Made by a program: the position numbers and the translations under genes. A stretch of 64,000 nt of DNA from the human T2T-CHM13v2.0 reference genome, Homo sapiens. Positions 12,530 through 25,502 of this stretch are shown here, one piece after another. Location: NCBI RefSeq assembly GCF_009914755.1, contig NC_060926.1, one strand, 5' to 3'. The notes under the pieces were generated by a model. It did not search any database. It was given only the letters and a program-made list of their open reading frames with translations, and had not been told where the DNA came from. Position 1 is the first letter of the stretch, and each line of letters opens with the position of its first letter.

Positions 12530-14788
12530 TAGATCAACATCCTGGGGAAAGGCCTTGGCTGACCCATCTTTTAATCAGTATAATTATATCTTATGCACCT
12601 ACACTACATACTAGCCCAATGCTGACAAAACATGCTCTTTGCCTTCAGCAAGCTTTCCATCTTCATAAGGAAAGGAGTCTCACTGGTAAGCATCGAGAAC
12701 GTTCAGCCAAGTCCTGGGTCATACTGTACATGGTCTGTCTCTTGTAGGAGCAGAGACAAGCCACTGTGGCCTGGAGGAGCTTGTGGAAGCCTTCACGGAA
12801 AGGGCTGGGAAGGTCTTGAGGGACAAGAACATAATGTGAAACCAGAAAGCATGAACTAAAGCCAGGGAGGAAAAATTGCTGTCTGGACAGATGCACACAT
12901 GACCAAGCCCGCTGGTGGTTGGTAGCCAGTTCCTCTGGGTTTTTGGGGCCTCTCTAGCCACATGCTCCTCTTAGCAGGGCCAGGCCAAAATTTCCACAAA
13001 CATTTCCATCCTGAATTCAGCCAGGTTGGGATATTTCATTCTACCAAAAAGAGGAGCCAGAAGCTTTGACCTGAATGCATAAAACTAAGGTAGAAAAACA
13101 ATGTTTGAAATTTTTCTTCAGAAAAAGAAAGCCCCACCAATAATCTGGAAATTCTTCATAGGGCAGAAATTCAAACCAGCAGCTTAAACTCCTTGACAGA
13201 GGGGAAAAACTCTGTGAAGCGCCTTCCCGAACTTCGATCATGATCCTGTTGTTCCTGGGAGAAAGAGAGCCTGAGACATGGCCTTGCTGCCTTGGGTCTT
13301 TACGAATTTGGGTCTGCCTCCAGTATCTGATGCTACAGCCAAGCCCTGGCCCTTCTCTTCCAATGCACCCGCAGTAACACTGATCCCAGTGCATTCCTCC
13401 CATTCTTCTGCCTCACAGCAAGCTTCAGGTCAGAGCGGTTGTAAGATCAGATTTGTTTGTGGAATAAAATGCTTTAATAGTTCAGCAGAGGGTGGAGGGA
13501 AAGATGAAACCAAGATGGCTGAAGCACTTATACCCGATGGAATGCTGTTTGCAAGATCACGGAAGAATGGTTGGGCAGTAGGATAGAGGGAGGCCTAGGG
13601 CCCCTTAGGGTCAGCCCTCAACTCTAGGCAGCTGCCCAAAACCTATAGTTGATAAGGTCCCCTTGGAAGGGCAACTGAGCAATAAGGAAGTCCCTAAGTT
13701 TACAGTAACTGCAGTGTCAGAGCCACAGTATAGGCGAGATGCCTGTCGGGTGGCCAAGGATCCCAGACCCCTTCTGCTTGGAGCTCTGTCTGCTCCAGAG
13801 ATCTTTGAGCACCTTGGCTGCCTGGGTGTTCAGATTAGCAGAAGGAGAGACAATGGCAGGGACAACATTGCAGTACCCTCCCATAGATTCCCATGGCTTA
13901 TGGGACATATTACAAGCCCGTAATAATCAGGAAATCAAGGCCTTTAAATTTGGCCCTAATCCATCTGCCCAACCTAGGTGCACCCTTGCACATTCCCTGT
14001 GCTTCAGCGAAGCCAATGTTCTCAGTTCCTCCCTGTTCCTCCCTCTGAGCATAACCTTTCCTCATTTCTCCCCTTTCTTAATCCCACTGTCTTGGAGGTC
14101 CACGAAGCATTCTGACTTGATGGGTCCAGAGTAAGCTCTTCTTTCTTCAGGGCTGGATTACACTAACTGAAGATCACCCTAGAGTTTACACCAGCAAAGC
14201 ATGAGCAACTACAAGTATTGTTTGGCAAGAATTTGTTCTCAGAAATTTTCCTTTAAAAGTACTGAAATAATCATAATGGGAAAGACATGAACTTTCTTGG
14301 ACTTCTTTACTATAATTTTGTTGTTTATAGTATCACTTATTTTTAATGACGTGGAAGGGTGCCCTATAATTTTTTTCAGAGTTTCTAAGTCCCCTAGATC
14401 TGAACCCAGACTGTCTCTCTCTGACCACTTTGCCAAGTGGCAGCCTGTCTTGCACATAGGGGCCCTTAATCACACGTGCCTTGCATATGGTTATGTAACT
14501 GTTTCCGATCTCACTTCCCAATTAGATAAGAATCTCCTTCAAGGCCAGCAAGAAGTATTCTGCATAGTAAAGAGGTGTGCTGTGTGGATGGCTGCTAGTA
14601 CAGTCCCTGGCACAGTCAAACCTCAACACATTAGATGTTTCTGTTATTATTATTTTACTTCTTTGTATCACCCCAGAGATTTTTATTTTCTTCAAAGATT
14701 GAACATGGCAACTGACAGGAGCTTAATGGATACTCGTTACATTTTATTGCAGTGATATTGTACCTACTAAATTAAATGGTGGACCAGA

Positions 14789-14995
14789 GAGCCAGTGTGG
14801 CATGATGAAAAGCAGAGTCTCCGGAGATGTGATACTTGGGTCCACATGCTGGCACCACCACTTGAGGCAGATGACCTGGCCTCGGGGGTCTCTGTTTCCT
14901 TGTCTGTAATGCCTACTTCATAGTTTTGTTATGAGAATGAAGTGGATTAATACTTCCGTGGTGCTTCACACTGTGCCTGGAACATAGTAAGCCTG
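14789..14995 (+). mobile_element. MIR
   Basis: CTCTGTTTCCTTGTCTGTAA...GTTATGAGAATGAAGTGGATTAAT...GTGCCTGGAACATAGTAAG. Confidence 0.7.
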
Positions 14996-15302
14996 ACGTA
15001 GGTATCTTAAATAGAGATATCACCAAATAGAGTTGGGGAGAAGTTTACCTAGGGAAAAAGTTTTCAAAGTCGTACCAAGAAGACTGGTGCTATTTTACTG
15101 ATTTGAGAGACCAGGTCCCCCTTTTTGGTAATACCATTTGCATATAAGCATCTAGTATGCTAATTCCATCGACTCTCATCTCTTTTTCAAAACAGACGCA
15201 GCAGGATCTCTGGCAGGATTTGACTAATGACTGACCTTAAAGTACATACCTTTAAGTAAAATACAAATATTTTTAATTCAAACCCTCCGCTCCTTTAGGG
15301 CT

Positions 15303-15683
15303 GTGGATGCTGTGATATAACACCCTGACCTCTCTTCAGGACTTTTGGGAGTCCTGCCACCTGTCAGCGCTCTCTGAAATCTGCCCTCAGCTGGAGAGAG
15401 CTCTTGGGGCAACCAAATCCAATGACTGGTTGACATGGAGAATGGAGGCCCATCTGCCTCACCCCAACTTGGGGCAGCTCTGCAGGTCATCCGGGCCCAG
15501 AGTTCCCCATGGGGTCAGCTAAGGCCTTTGATGAGACTGCAGGACATTCCAGCATCTCCTTTTGTCCAATCCTGTTTTTCTCCCTTCTCTTCCACAGATG
15601 TTGATCCTGGGTACACTCTCTAGTTAGTATCCTGCACACTCATCTCTATCTCAGAGTCCACTCCAGGGAGCTCTGCCTGCACC
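15303..15683 (+). mobile_element. LTR16-family (ERVL) solo LTR
   Basis: CCCAGAGTTCCCCATGGGGTCAGCT...GATGTTGATCC...CCTGCACACTCATCTCTATCTCAGAGTC resembles LTR16A/C. Confidence 0.7.
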
Positions 15684-15772
15684 GCCAGTTGCAGCAACAC
15701 CAGCAAATTCACTCGTTTTTACTAATTCTGATTTGACCTCTAATTTACAATTACCTGGATTGCATCCATAAC

Positions 15773-15912
15773 TAAGATGACCATACAGACTGGTTTGCCT
15801 GGGACAATCCTCTTGTGACTTTCATTACCAAGAGATTTAATTATTATTAATAGCAATGCTTTTTACTTTTAAAATATCCACAGTTTGAACAATAAATTAT
15901 ATAGCCACCCTA
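15773..15912 (-). mobile_element. MER94 (hAT-Blackjack) MITE
   Basis: TIR-like ends TAAGATGACCATA...TATAGCCACCCTA; internal GGTTTGCCTGGGACA and TTATTAATAGC. Confidence 0.7.
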
Positions 15913-16706
15913 CCTATATAAACAGCCCTAATGTTCCCAGGCCTCACTGCCAGCATGAAAAAATAGTACATTGATGTAGTGTAAATTTCCTGAGCTTAGA
16001 GCTCCCACTAAATATAACTTCAGAACCTCAGCCCCCTTGCAAGAGCTCTCCACACTGACCCTACCCTGCTTTCTCCCCAGAACACCTGAGCGACCATCTG
16101 GAGCCCACACATCCTCAACAGATCACACTGCTGCTTGGCCACTGCTCTCCACCCTCTTCTGAGGCTGCTGCTTATACCACAGTGTTGATGGCCTCCTCTC
16201 TGCTCCCCAGAGCAGATGCTCCCACCAACACTGCTGCTCTTGGGCATCAGATAGGTTCTGCGAGCTTCACCATTGTCAGAAGGCCCAGATGGCTCCGGGA
16301 GGTCCCATGGATGCTCAGCCCAAACCAGGTTTTGAGTCTTTATTTCGGTTGTAGCTTGATATATCTATACACCCCACCTCCGTACAGTAAATGAAAAAAT
16401 CATCCCTTTGCATAGACATTCTTCTCTCTGGATCCCACAGCAGAGTGGTGGGCTCTATATGGGTGCAGTTGGGCTCATTTTATCTACAAAGCTCTTTTCC
16501 ACTGAGGGCCACACATAGGCCATCAAGGTGGCTGGATCAGGTTAGGGTTTAATAGCCTCCAAACTATACCTGGAATCCCTATTCCTGCCTAACCCTATGG
16601 TTCAAATTATTTTTTCCAGGAGTTTTCTCACACTCCATGCAAGTGAGTTGGCGCAGATAGACGTGCGGAAATTGGAATCTAACTCCACATAAACCAGTTA
16701 TGTATA

Positions 16707-18080
16707 CGGGAAGTCCTTATTTTGCATAGTAATGCAAGACCATAAAAATGACTGTGTAAGCTGAAACCCTGCAAAGCAATCTTAATCGAAGGGAATAATT
16801 ACAGTTGTTCTGTGACCTTTAAACATTTTTGTCAAAACATTAAACATTCTCTTACTGTTGTTTATAAATGCATGGGGAAATGAAAAATTAACAAAACTAA
16901 TATTTATTTATTACACTGTAATTTAAAACATTAGAAACATTGAGAATTAAGGTGTTTTATTTCTTTGTAAAGAACATATCAAAAGTAGTTTGCACAGTTC
17001 TTGCCTTTCTCCCCTTACTGTATAGCTTATGATACAGCTGGAGCAACTTTTCTATGCCTTGGTGAATTGTCGTACTTTGTTGTAAGTGTAGTCTAGTTCT
17101 AAGTCAGGTCCTAATGTTTTATCCTTTGCTCTTGCAATGTTACAAAATATCTATAAGAATTCCTTGAAGGTGAAGTTTTTTGCCAGTGCCACTTCCACTG
17201 GGACATCTTCATTTTCTTGGAATCTGGATGCAGATTTCCCAGCTGCATGCTTACATGTGCTAGCAGCTTCATCACTAGCTTGACATCAATCAATTCATGC
17301 TAAATTCTGGAATGAGGAAACAAGCCTTTACTGGCAGTAAAATATTCTTCTTCAGTATCCTTGTAATTACCATTTTCTTTCAATGTGGCAACTAAGATCA
17401 ATGCTTTGGCCAGGATGCAAGCCAAACTGCTTCGGATTTTGAAATATTACAGTCTTCAATCCAAAGTAGAAAACTCTCCAAGCATAAGCAGCTTTCTGGT
17501 CCTATTGCAATTTAAACTAAGAGATGAAGCAACGTTACCTTGCTTTTAATACACATTGGATTTTTCCAGTGCAGTTTGTTCCATAGCTCCATGCAGGCCA
17601 TGGTGCATCCAGTCTTTGCTCTGCTCTTGCCAATTTCACATCTTCAATCTAATCACATCCAGTTTACTGCCGGCATTATCACTTTTTGTTTCTTTGTTGC
17701 ATTTTTATTTTTGTTAGCTTACCCTCTATCCAGTGATCCATTTTTTGTAAAATTTTCATCACATGGATTTATCACTGGAAGACAAGGAGGCAACACAACT
17801 TCACATTTTGCTGTCTGGGCATGAACTGAGTAACAGATATGCAATGACTAATCAAGGACAGGCTTTGAAAGAAGTGATGTGATTGGTTCATCATGATGTG
17901 CATCTGTTGTTTATATCATGATTTGCGGACTGGCAAGCAGGCAGTGAAGTTTGTACTTTATGCAATTATAGTTAATATATACTGTGGTGACTGAAATTTG
18001 AACTAGTTTTTGGGAACGGGTATTATTTCGCTAAACTGAAACTTGTGCACATCAGTGCCATAAAAAGCAAGGACTGCTTA
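16707..18080 (-). mobile_element. Tigger6-like (TcMar-Tigger) internally deleted DNA transposon
   Basis: TIRs CGGGAAGTCCTTATTTTGCA / AAAAGCAAGGACTGCTTA; TA at the left flank; minus-strand transposase remnants (start ~17741; C-terminal EDVPVEVALAKNFTFKEF). Confidence 0.75.
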
Positions 18081-18084
18081 TTAA

Positions 18085-18436
18085 TGTGTACCAACCAAAT
18101 ACTTTTGGGCACATTCACAGCACAGCACTTCCTCCTCCTTGTGGTTGGACGGTTCCACGTGACCAGTCTAGCCAATGGATTGTGAGCAGAAGTTACATGT
18201 GTCAGTTCCGTGCCAAACCATTTGATGGACAGTCAGTCGTGTCCTAGCCCCTGAGGATATCGGAGGAGGTGGCTGCTCTGTTAGCCTAAGTCTCTGAGCA
18301 ACAAAGGTGAGCAGAGGCCCCCTGCTGAGATATGATGGACATGTAGCATAAGCAAGAAGTAAACCTTTGTTTTAAGCCACTGAGATCTTGGGGTTATTTG
18401 TTTCTGTAGCATAGCAACTCGTTATGATTGATATAA
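18085..18436 (+). mobile_element. MLT1I/J-type MaLR LTR
   Basis: GCCAATGGATTGTGAGCAGAAG...ATGGACATGTAGCATAAGCAAGAAGTAAACCTTTGTTTTAAGCCACTGAGAT. Confidence 0.75.
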
Positions 18437-18655
18437 AATATCATCAGGAGGTAATCTAGGAAAAGGAGGATAGGGAGCTGGGCAGAATTTAGAACTCAGA
18501 AATTGGCAGCTGATAGTAAAAGGGCTCCAAATTTGTAGGGGTAGGAGGAGAGGAAGAATCAGGGGCATGTACTTAAAAAATCTTTATATGATAAAAAAAA
18601 ATTAGCACAGACACAGAAAATAAATGTATAGCTTAATAAATTATTAAAAAATGAA

Positions 18656-18943
18656 GGTTATCCATTTATGGATTAATAGATTAATGGACTATCATGGGAG
18701 TGGGACTCGTGGTTTATAAGAAGAGGAAGAGAGACCTGAGCTAGCACTCAGCCCCCTTGCCATGCAATGCTCTGTACCAGTTTAGGACTCTGCAGAAAGT
18801 GCCTACCATCAAGAATGTCTCTCGCCAGACGTGGTAACTTGACCTTGAACTTCTCAGCCTCCATAACTGTAAGAAATAAATTCCTTTTCTTTGTAAATTA
18901 CCCGGTTTCAGGTATTCTTTTATAAGCAATAGAAAATGAGACT
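18656..18943 (+). mobile_element. MSTC-like MaLR LTR (5'-truncated)
   Basis: CATGGGAGTGGGACT...TATAAGAAGAGGAAGAGAGACCTGAGCTAGCAC...AGAAATAAATTCC. Confidence 0.8.
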
Positions 18944-18949
18944 GTTTCC

Positions 18950-19530
18950 TCACCCCTCCCTCTTTGCCCTCAAGAGGCGACCACTTACTTGCCTCTTATG
19001 GAAACACCCTCCTTCCTTTCCTCATGCCATTATCAGTCCACATGTGCATCCTTCAACATTGTGGTTTAGTTTTACTTTTTAAATATTTTAAAGTCTCTTT
19101 TAATGTACAGACTTCCCCTTTACCACACTCCTTTCCCCTTGTGAATGTATGTGTTACAAGAACTAGATCATTGGTAGAGTTTCCCACAGCATAGATTTTG
19201 CCACTTGTACCCCCACGGTGCCATTGATGTGTTCCTCTGGCCCCTGTATTTCCTGTAAATTGCTAGTTGGATCTATAGGCTTGATCCAATGTGGGTTTGA
19301 TTATTTTTGGCAAGACAACGTCATAGGTGGTGGTGCCTTTGTTCTCCAGAAAGTGTAATCATCTTTAAAATAATTATTATTTTAATAATAACCATAGGTG
19401 TTCATTTATTTGGGGTTACAGAATGGCAAAATTCCAATTTGAAATGTCTCCTGTTCCACTCTGGTTACCAATGATGCAGTTCAAATGGGACCATCAGGGT
19501 AAATGCTTGATTTTTTTGTTTGTTTGTTTC
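18950..19530 (-). mobile_element. L1MC-type 3'UTR fragment
   Basis: CCCTGTATTTCCTGTAAATTG...GGCTTGATCC...TTTTTGGCAAGAC...CATAGGTGGTGGTG resembles antisense L1MC4/5 3' end. Confidence 0.6.
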
Positions 19531-20964
19531 TTCAGAATTCAAAGCTTTGTCACATACATGTACTAGTTGCTAAGATCTGAATGTGGCAAAACTGTTGTAA
19601 AGGTCAACCTGGCCTCGATTGGCCCAGCCTTCTCTCCCCAGGTCCTTTGACCTCCTGAGAGATCACTCCAGGCCCTGTGAATCTCAGTTTTTCTTCCCAT
19701 CTCCCCACCCCGTCAGAGCCCACCTTCATGGAGGGAAGGTCCTCATGCTCACTCACCTTAGGAGGTAAATTGTGGGCATTGTCCACTCTAGGGAATGTGG
19801 ATTTTAAGGCCTCTCTCTCAAATATTGTCTCACTTAGTCCCTGTGGAGTTCAAAACAGGTAGCTTCAAGCCCAAACTCACCTTGCAATGTTTTGTTTTGG
19901 CCATCACAGAGTGTTTTCACTTGTTGTTTGTTTTGCTTTTAAGTGGAGCAAGACTGCATTTAGGCAGGGGCATATTCTCCGCAGTTAGATCAGAGCCCAC
20001 CGCCTCCCCTTGCATTGTACCCGCCCTGTGTTCTGAGTCCCTTTGTGTTGCAGAACCTTGTAGGTAGGTGTTATTAGCCCATTTTTCAGGTGAATGGACA
20101 AGAACTGGAGAATTGATGTGGGGGACCTAGGTGAGGCACAAATGGAAATGGAACAGCCACTGAGTGCTCTGGGAAGGAGACCACAAGCCAAAGGAGAGAG
20201 TCCACACTGGGAAGACCCAGCTACAGGGCCCTCTCCATCCAGCCTGGTGCAAACTAAAACCCACATTCTTTTTTCTTCCCTTTTACAGAGACAGCTCAAG
20301 GAAGCATGATAAAATGAGGCCTAAGATAATATTTGAGGGGAAAGTTTATTTTTTTATGGTCTGTTTGCATTACACCATCGGGTGAAGAGAGGAGGAGAAA
20401 GACTTGTCCCAAATGGCAGAGCTGGAGAAGCACAAATCCAATGTCAATAGTTGGAAATACAAGTGTGTGGTTTCATTAAACTTCTTTTTTTAAAAAAAAC
20501 TTTGTTCTTCCTTTTCCTGAGGCAGTCCAAGGGAAGGGGACACAGAGGTGGAAACAGACAGGGAGAGAGGAGGGAGCGAGCCAGGGCCAGCGAAGGGGGC
20601 TTGTCTTAAGGAACCTGCTCCCGCTGTGAGTGTCCTCAGCCAGCCCAGGAGGCTGGCAGGCCTGATCAGAAGCAGCCAGCCAGAGCCTTCCGCTGATTCC
20701 AATGACGGCTGCTAAGCAGGGGCAGGCAAGTCAGAGTTTCAGCATTTGTCCAACAGCTTTTTTTGAAAGGATTTTTTTTTGTTTTTGAAAACCTGAGTGA
20801 AAATGAACAAATAATCAAATCCAGGTCACCCTGAGGAAAATGATTTGACTTCTGTGTTCTCCTGTGGCCCCATTTGGACATAGCTGGCCCCTTCCCCTTC
20901 CCCCTACTACCACGCTGGCCCTTGGCTGCCCCAAGGCAGAGACCATGTCTGCAGAGCCAGGAGA

Positions 20965-21200
20965 GGTAGGTTAAGAATGCAGGCTCTAGTCAGACAGCCT
21001 GGGGGTTCAAGTTAAAATATTAGCTCTGGCACTTATTAAATAGGCCACCTTGGACATCTTCTTTGTGCCTCAGTTTCCCCATTTTAAAATGGAGATGTGA
21101 TAATACCTCATGGTCTGCTGAAAGAATTCAATGGAAAAAGTGCTTACTACAGTGCCTAGCATGTAGTTTTCAGCAAGTATTTGCTGTTATTCTATTATTT
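20965..21200 (+). mobile_element. MIR
   Basis: GGTTAAGAATGCAGGCTCTAGTCAGAC...TGTGCCTCAGTTTCCCCATTTTAAAATGG. Confidence 0.8.
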
Positions 21201-21509
21201 TTAGAGCCTTTTCTGTCTCCCTTCCTTTGTCTTTCCATTACATGCCACTCCTTAGCAGTCCCACTGGATTTGTCCAAATAGATAAACTCACTCAAAGAAA
21301 TAAAAATAGGTGTTATCTTGCAAGGTATTTTGCACACTGTCCACTCAGACCTTCTCTCTCAAGCAGTTTCTGCACAGCTCTGTGGATACCACATCCTTCC
21401 CTCATCAACATGCCCTAGTTCTTGTGGCACAATCTGCATGGATTGCCCTCTCTATTCATTTCCACCCACCCAAATCTAGTTCAAGGCCCACTTTGCAACA
21501 GAACGTTGG

Positions 21510-21912
21510 ATCAATCTGGGAATGGCTTGATTCAGGGTCTTGCCTAAAGTCACTAGGATCTGGTTTCATCTCTTGGTTTTGCTTTCTCCATGTTGGCTCC
21601 ACTCACAGACTCTACACACCTGGTGGCAAGAGATTTGCAGGCAAAATGGGCTGCAGATTCAAGCCCAGTGAGAAAGATAACTTGCCTCTTTCCTAATAGC
21701 CCCAGCAGACATACCAGGTGTTCCTTGGCTATGATTGGGTCACAGACCCATCCCTGGACCAATCTTATGGCTCGGGGATAGGGAAGGAGTGTTGTGCTTC
21801 CACCTGCAGTTCATGGGCTGATGAGGAGGAAGGAGTGCTTCCTAGAAAGAAATCAGGATAGTTTCCAAAATAAGGGAGAAAGCGGAGCCCAATGGAAGCA
21901 AATGTTCACCAT
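21510..21912 (-). mobile_element. MLT1K/L-type MaLR LTR
   Basis: GATTGGGTCACAGACCCATCCCTGGACCAATC motif and GGCTTGATTCAGGG. Confidence 0.6.
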
Positions 21913-23022
21913 ACACACAGCCTTTCCAATATCGATCTCCAACGATTCCAGCCTGTTCTCTTCTCTGGATTCCTGACCTGATACATCATGATGTCATTCA
22001 TCTTGGCAATGTGTTTTCTACCCATTTGTTGAGAATAAGTCTCACTATATCCCCTACTTTGCGAACTGCTTTTATCTAAAGATTGTTCCTGTGTCCTTCA
22101 CTTGGCAATGAAGCATGCCCTGCCTTCTTGAATGGCACTGTCATCTCTCTTACTGATATTGTATTTCCCATATATACATGTCTTACCTTTCTCACATATT
22201 GTAAATTCCTCCTGGGCAAGAAACAAGAATACTTCTTGCCTAGCACCTTGTATATAAGTGCTTGGTTATATTTTGTTGATTTACTGAGAATTTAATATTT
22301 CTTTTCTTATACCTTCCCTTGGTTAAATGCCTAGTAGGTACTAAATAACATTTTTGGAACCATAAAATCTAGAAGGAGCACTGAATTTGGACAGACTCTT
22401 ATAATCTAATGCAGCTCCCTCTTTTATTGGGGTTAAAACAGCCTAGAGTAATGAAGTGAGTATATAAGCAAGTTAGAAAGACTAAAAACCAAGATCCTTT
22501 GGATCATAGTTATCACTTTGTATTTGTTGATTGACTGATTGTCAATTCAGTCCCTTTTCCACTGAACCTCTTTGTAAGATCAGGAACAAGGCAGGGATGC
22601 CTACTGCTGCCACTTCAATTCAACATAGTACTGGAAATCCTAGCCAGAGCATTAGGCAAGAAAAAGAAATAAAAAGCATCCAAATTGTAAAGAAGTAAAA
22701 TTATCTTTGTTCACAGGTGTCATGGTCTTACATGTGGAAAACCCTAAAGATTCTGCACCAAAAAAACCTGTTAGGATTAATAAACAAATTCAGCAAAGTT
22801 GCAGGATATAAAATGAGTATACAAAAATTAGTTGCATTTTAATGCACTAACAACAAACAATCCAACAGTAAAATAAGAAAAAAATCTCATTTACAATTGC
22901 CTCAAAAAGAATAAAATACTTAGGGATAAGCTTAAAGATTTGTACAGTGAAAAGTATAAAATATTCCTGAAAGAAATTAAAGTGACACAAATAAATGCAA
23001 AGACATCTTTCATAGATTAAAA

Positions 23023-23423
23023 GAGTGGTCCCCAACCTTTTTGGCACAAGGGACCGGTTTTGTGGAGGACAGTTTTTCCAAGGACTGAGGTGGGGGTGTA
23101 GAGATGGTCTCAGGATGAAATGGTTCCACCTCAGATCATCAGGCATTAGATTCTTGTAAGGAGCATGCAACCTAGATCTCTCCCATGTACAGTTCACAAT
23201 AGGGTTCACGCTGCTATAAGAATCTAATGCCACCGCTGATCTGACAAGAGGCGGAGCTCAGGCAGTAATATTTGCTCGCCTGCCGCTCACCTCCTACAGA
23301 TCTCTAGATCTCACTCACTCTCTAGACCCACCCACCTCCTACAGATCTCTAGATCTGTGTGGCCAGGTTCCTAACAGACCAAGAACCAGTACTGGTCCAC
23401 AGCCCAGGGATTGGGAACCCTTG
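23023..23423 (-). mobile_element. MER1B (hAT-Charlie MITE) with an internal insertion
   Basis: GTGGTCCCCAACCTTTTTGGCAC...GGATTGGGAACCCTTG termini; imperfect 8-bp TSD GATTAAAA/AGTTAAAA. Confidence 0.9.
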
Positions 23424-24533
23424 AGTTAAAAGACTTAATATTGTTAACATGTGCATATAATCCAAAATGATCTACAGATTTAATATAATCCTTCTCAAAA
23501 TCCAAATGCCATTTTTTGCAGATATAGCAAAAACAATCCTAAAATTGATGGAACTAAAAAGGACCCTGAATAGCTAAAACAATCTTGAGGAAGAAGAACA
23601 AACCTGGAAGCCTCACACTTCTTGACTTCAAAACATATTCCAAGCTACAGTAATTAAAACAGTATGGTAATGGCATAAGGTCAGACATGTATAGACCAAT
23701 GGAACAGAAGAGAGAGCCTCAAAATATACCTATGCATAGACAGTCAAATGACCTTTACCTAAAGTACCAAGACTACACATTGGAGCAAGGATAGTCTTCT
23801 CAATAAATGGTGCTGGGAAAACTGGAAAACCACATGCAAAAGAATGAAATTGGACCTTTATCTTACACCATACACAAAAATTAACTCAAAATAGATTAAA
23901 GATCTAAACATAAGTTATGTGAAACTATAAAACTCCTAGAAGAAAACATAAGGGAAAACCTTCACGGCATTAGATTTGGCAATGATTTCTTGGCTATGAC
24001 ACCAAAAACAGACAACAAAAGCAAAAATAGACAAGTGGACCAACATCAAATGAAAAAGTTTCTGCACAGCAAAGGTAACAATCAATAGAGTGAAAAGGCA
24101 ACCTATGGAATGAGAGAAAATATTTTCAAACCATATAACTGATAAGGGCTTAATAAGCAAAATATATTTTTTAAAAACTCCTACAACTCAATAACCACAC
24201 AACAAAAGTAAAAATAACTTGATTAAAAAGCAGGCAAAGGACTTCAATAGAGTTTTCTCCAAAGAAGATATACAAATGGCCAATAAGTATATGAAAAGAT
24301 GCCAACATCACTAATCACTGGGGAAATGCAAGTCAAAACCACAATGAGTATTGTACCTGTTAGGATGGCCATTGTCAAAAAAATAAATAAATAAATAACA
24401 AGTGCTGGTGAGAATATGGAGAAATTAGAACCCTTGTGCTCTGTTAGTGGGGATGTAAAATGGTGCAGTGGCTGTGGAAAATTGTATGAAGGTTCCTCAA
24501 AAAATTAACAACAGAATTATCACATGATGCAGC

Positions 24534-25249
<716 letters not shown>

Positions 25250-25354
25250 GCAGCAATCCTTGTTCTGGGTATTTATCCAAAAGAATTGAAATCATAATCT
25301 CAAAGAGATATTTGTACTCCCATGTTCATTGCAGCATTATTCACAGTAGCCAGA

Positions 25355-25502
25355 GATTCCTGCTCCCATGAGAACCTAATGCTGCTGCTGGTCTGACAGG
25401 AGGCAGAGCTCAAGCAGTAATGCTCGCTCACCTGCTGCTCACCTCCTACTGTGCAACCTGGTTCCTAACAGGCCACAGAGAGTACTGGTCTGCAGCCCAG
25501 GG
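25355..25502 (-). mobile_element. Internal MER1B fragment without TIRs
   Basis: ATGAGAACCTAATGCTGCTGCTGGTCTGACAGGAGGCAGAGCTC...GTTCCTAACAGGCCAC; L1 sequence is colinear on both sides. Confidence 0.85.

Noticed and set aside
13110-13243. Acceptor-like TTTTTCTTCAG followed by a short open frame
   Set aside because: All three frames stop before any credible donor site, and the peptides are not recognisable
14297-14755. 152-aa ORF with a signal-peptide-like N-terminus
   Set aside because: Non-ATG start, AT-rich hydrophobic bias, and it runs through L2/MIR remnants
12010-22630. L1 5' half ending and L1 3' half starting at almost the same RT motif (TRQGCPL), suggesting one element split by 10.5 kb
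   Set aside because: The ~55-bp overlap carries different subfamily diagnostics (AGAACTAGAACAAGAC vs AGATCAGGAACAAGGC), and the intervening DNA holds older MIR, L2 and LTR16 elements. Two independent insertions are more likely
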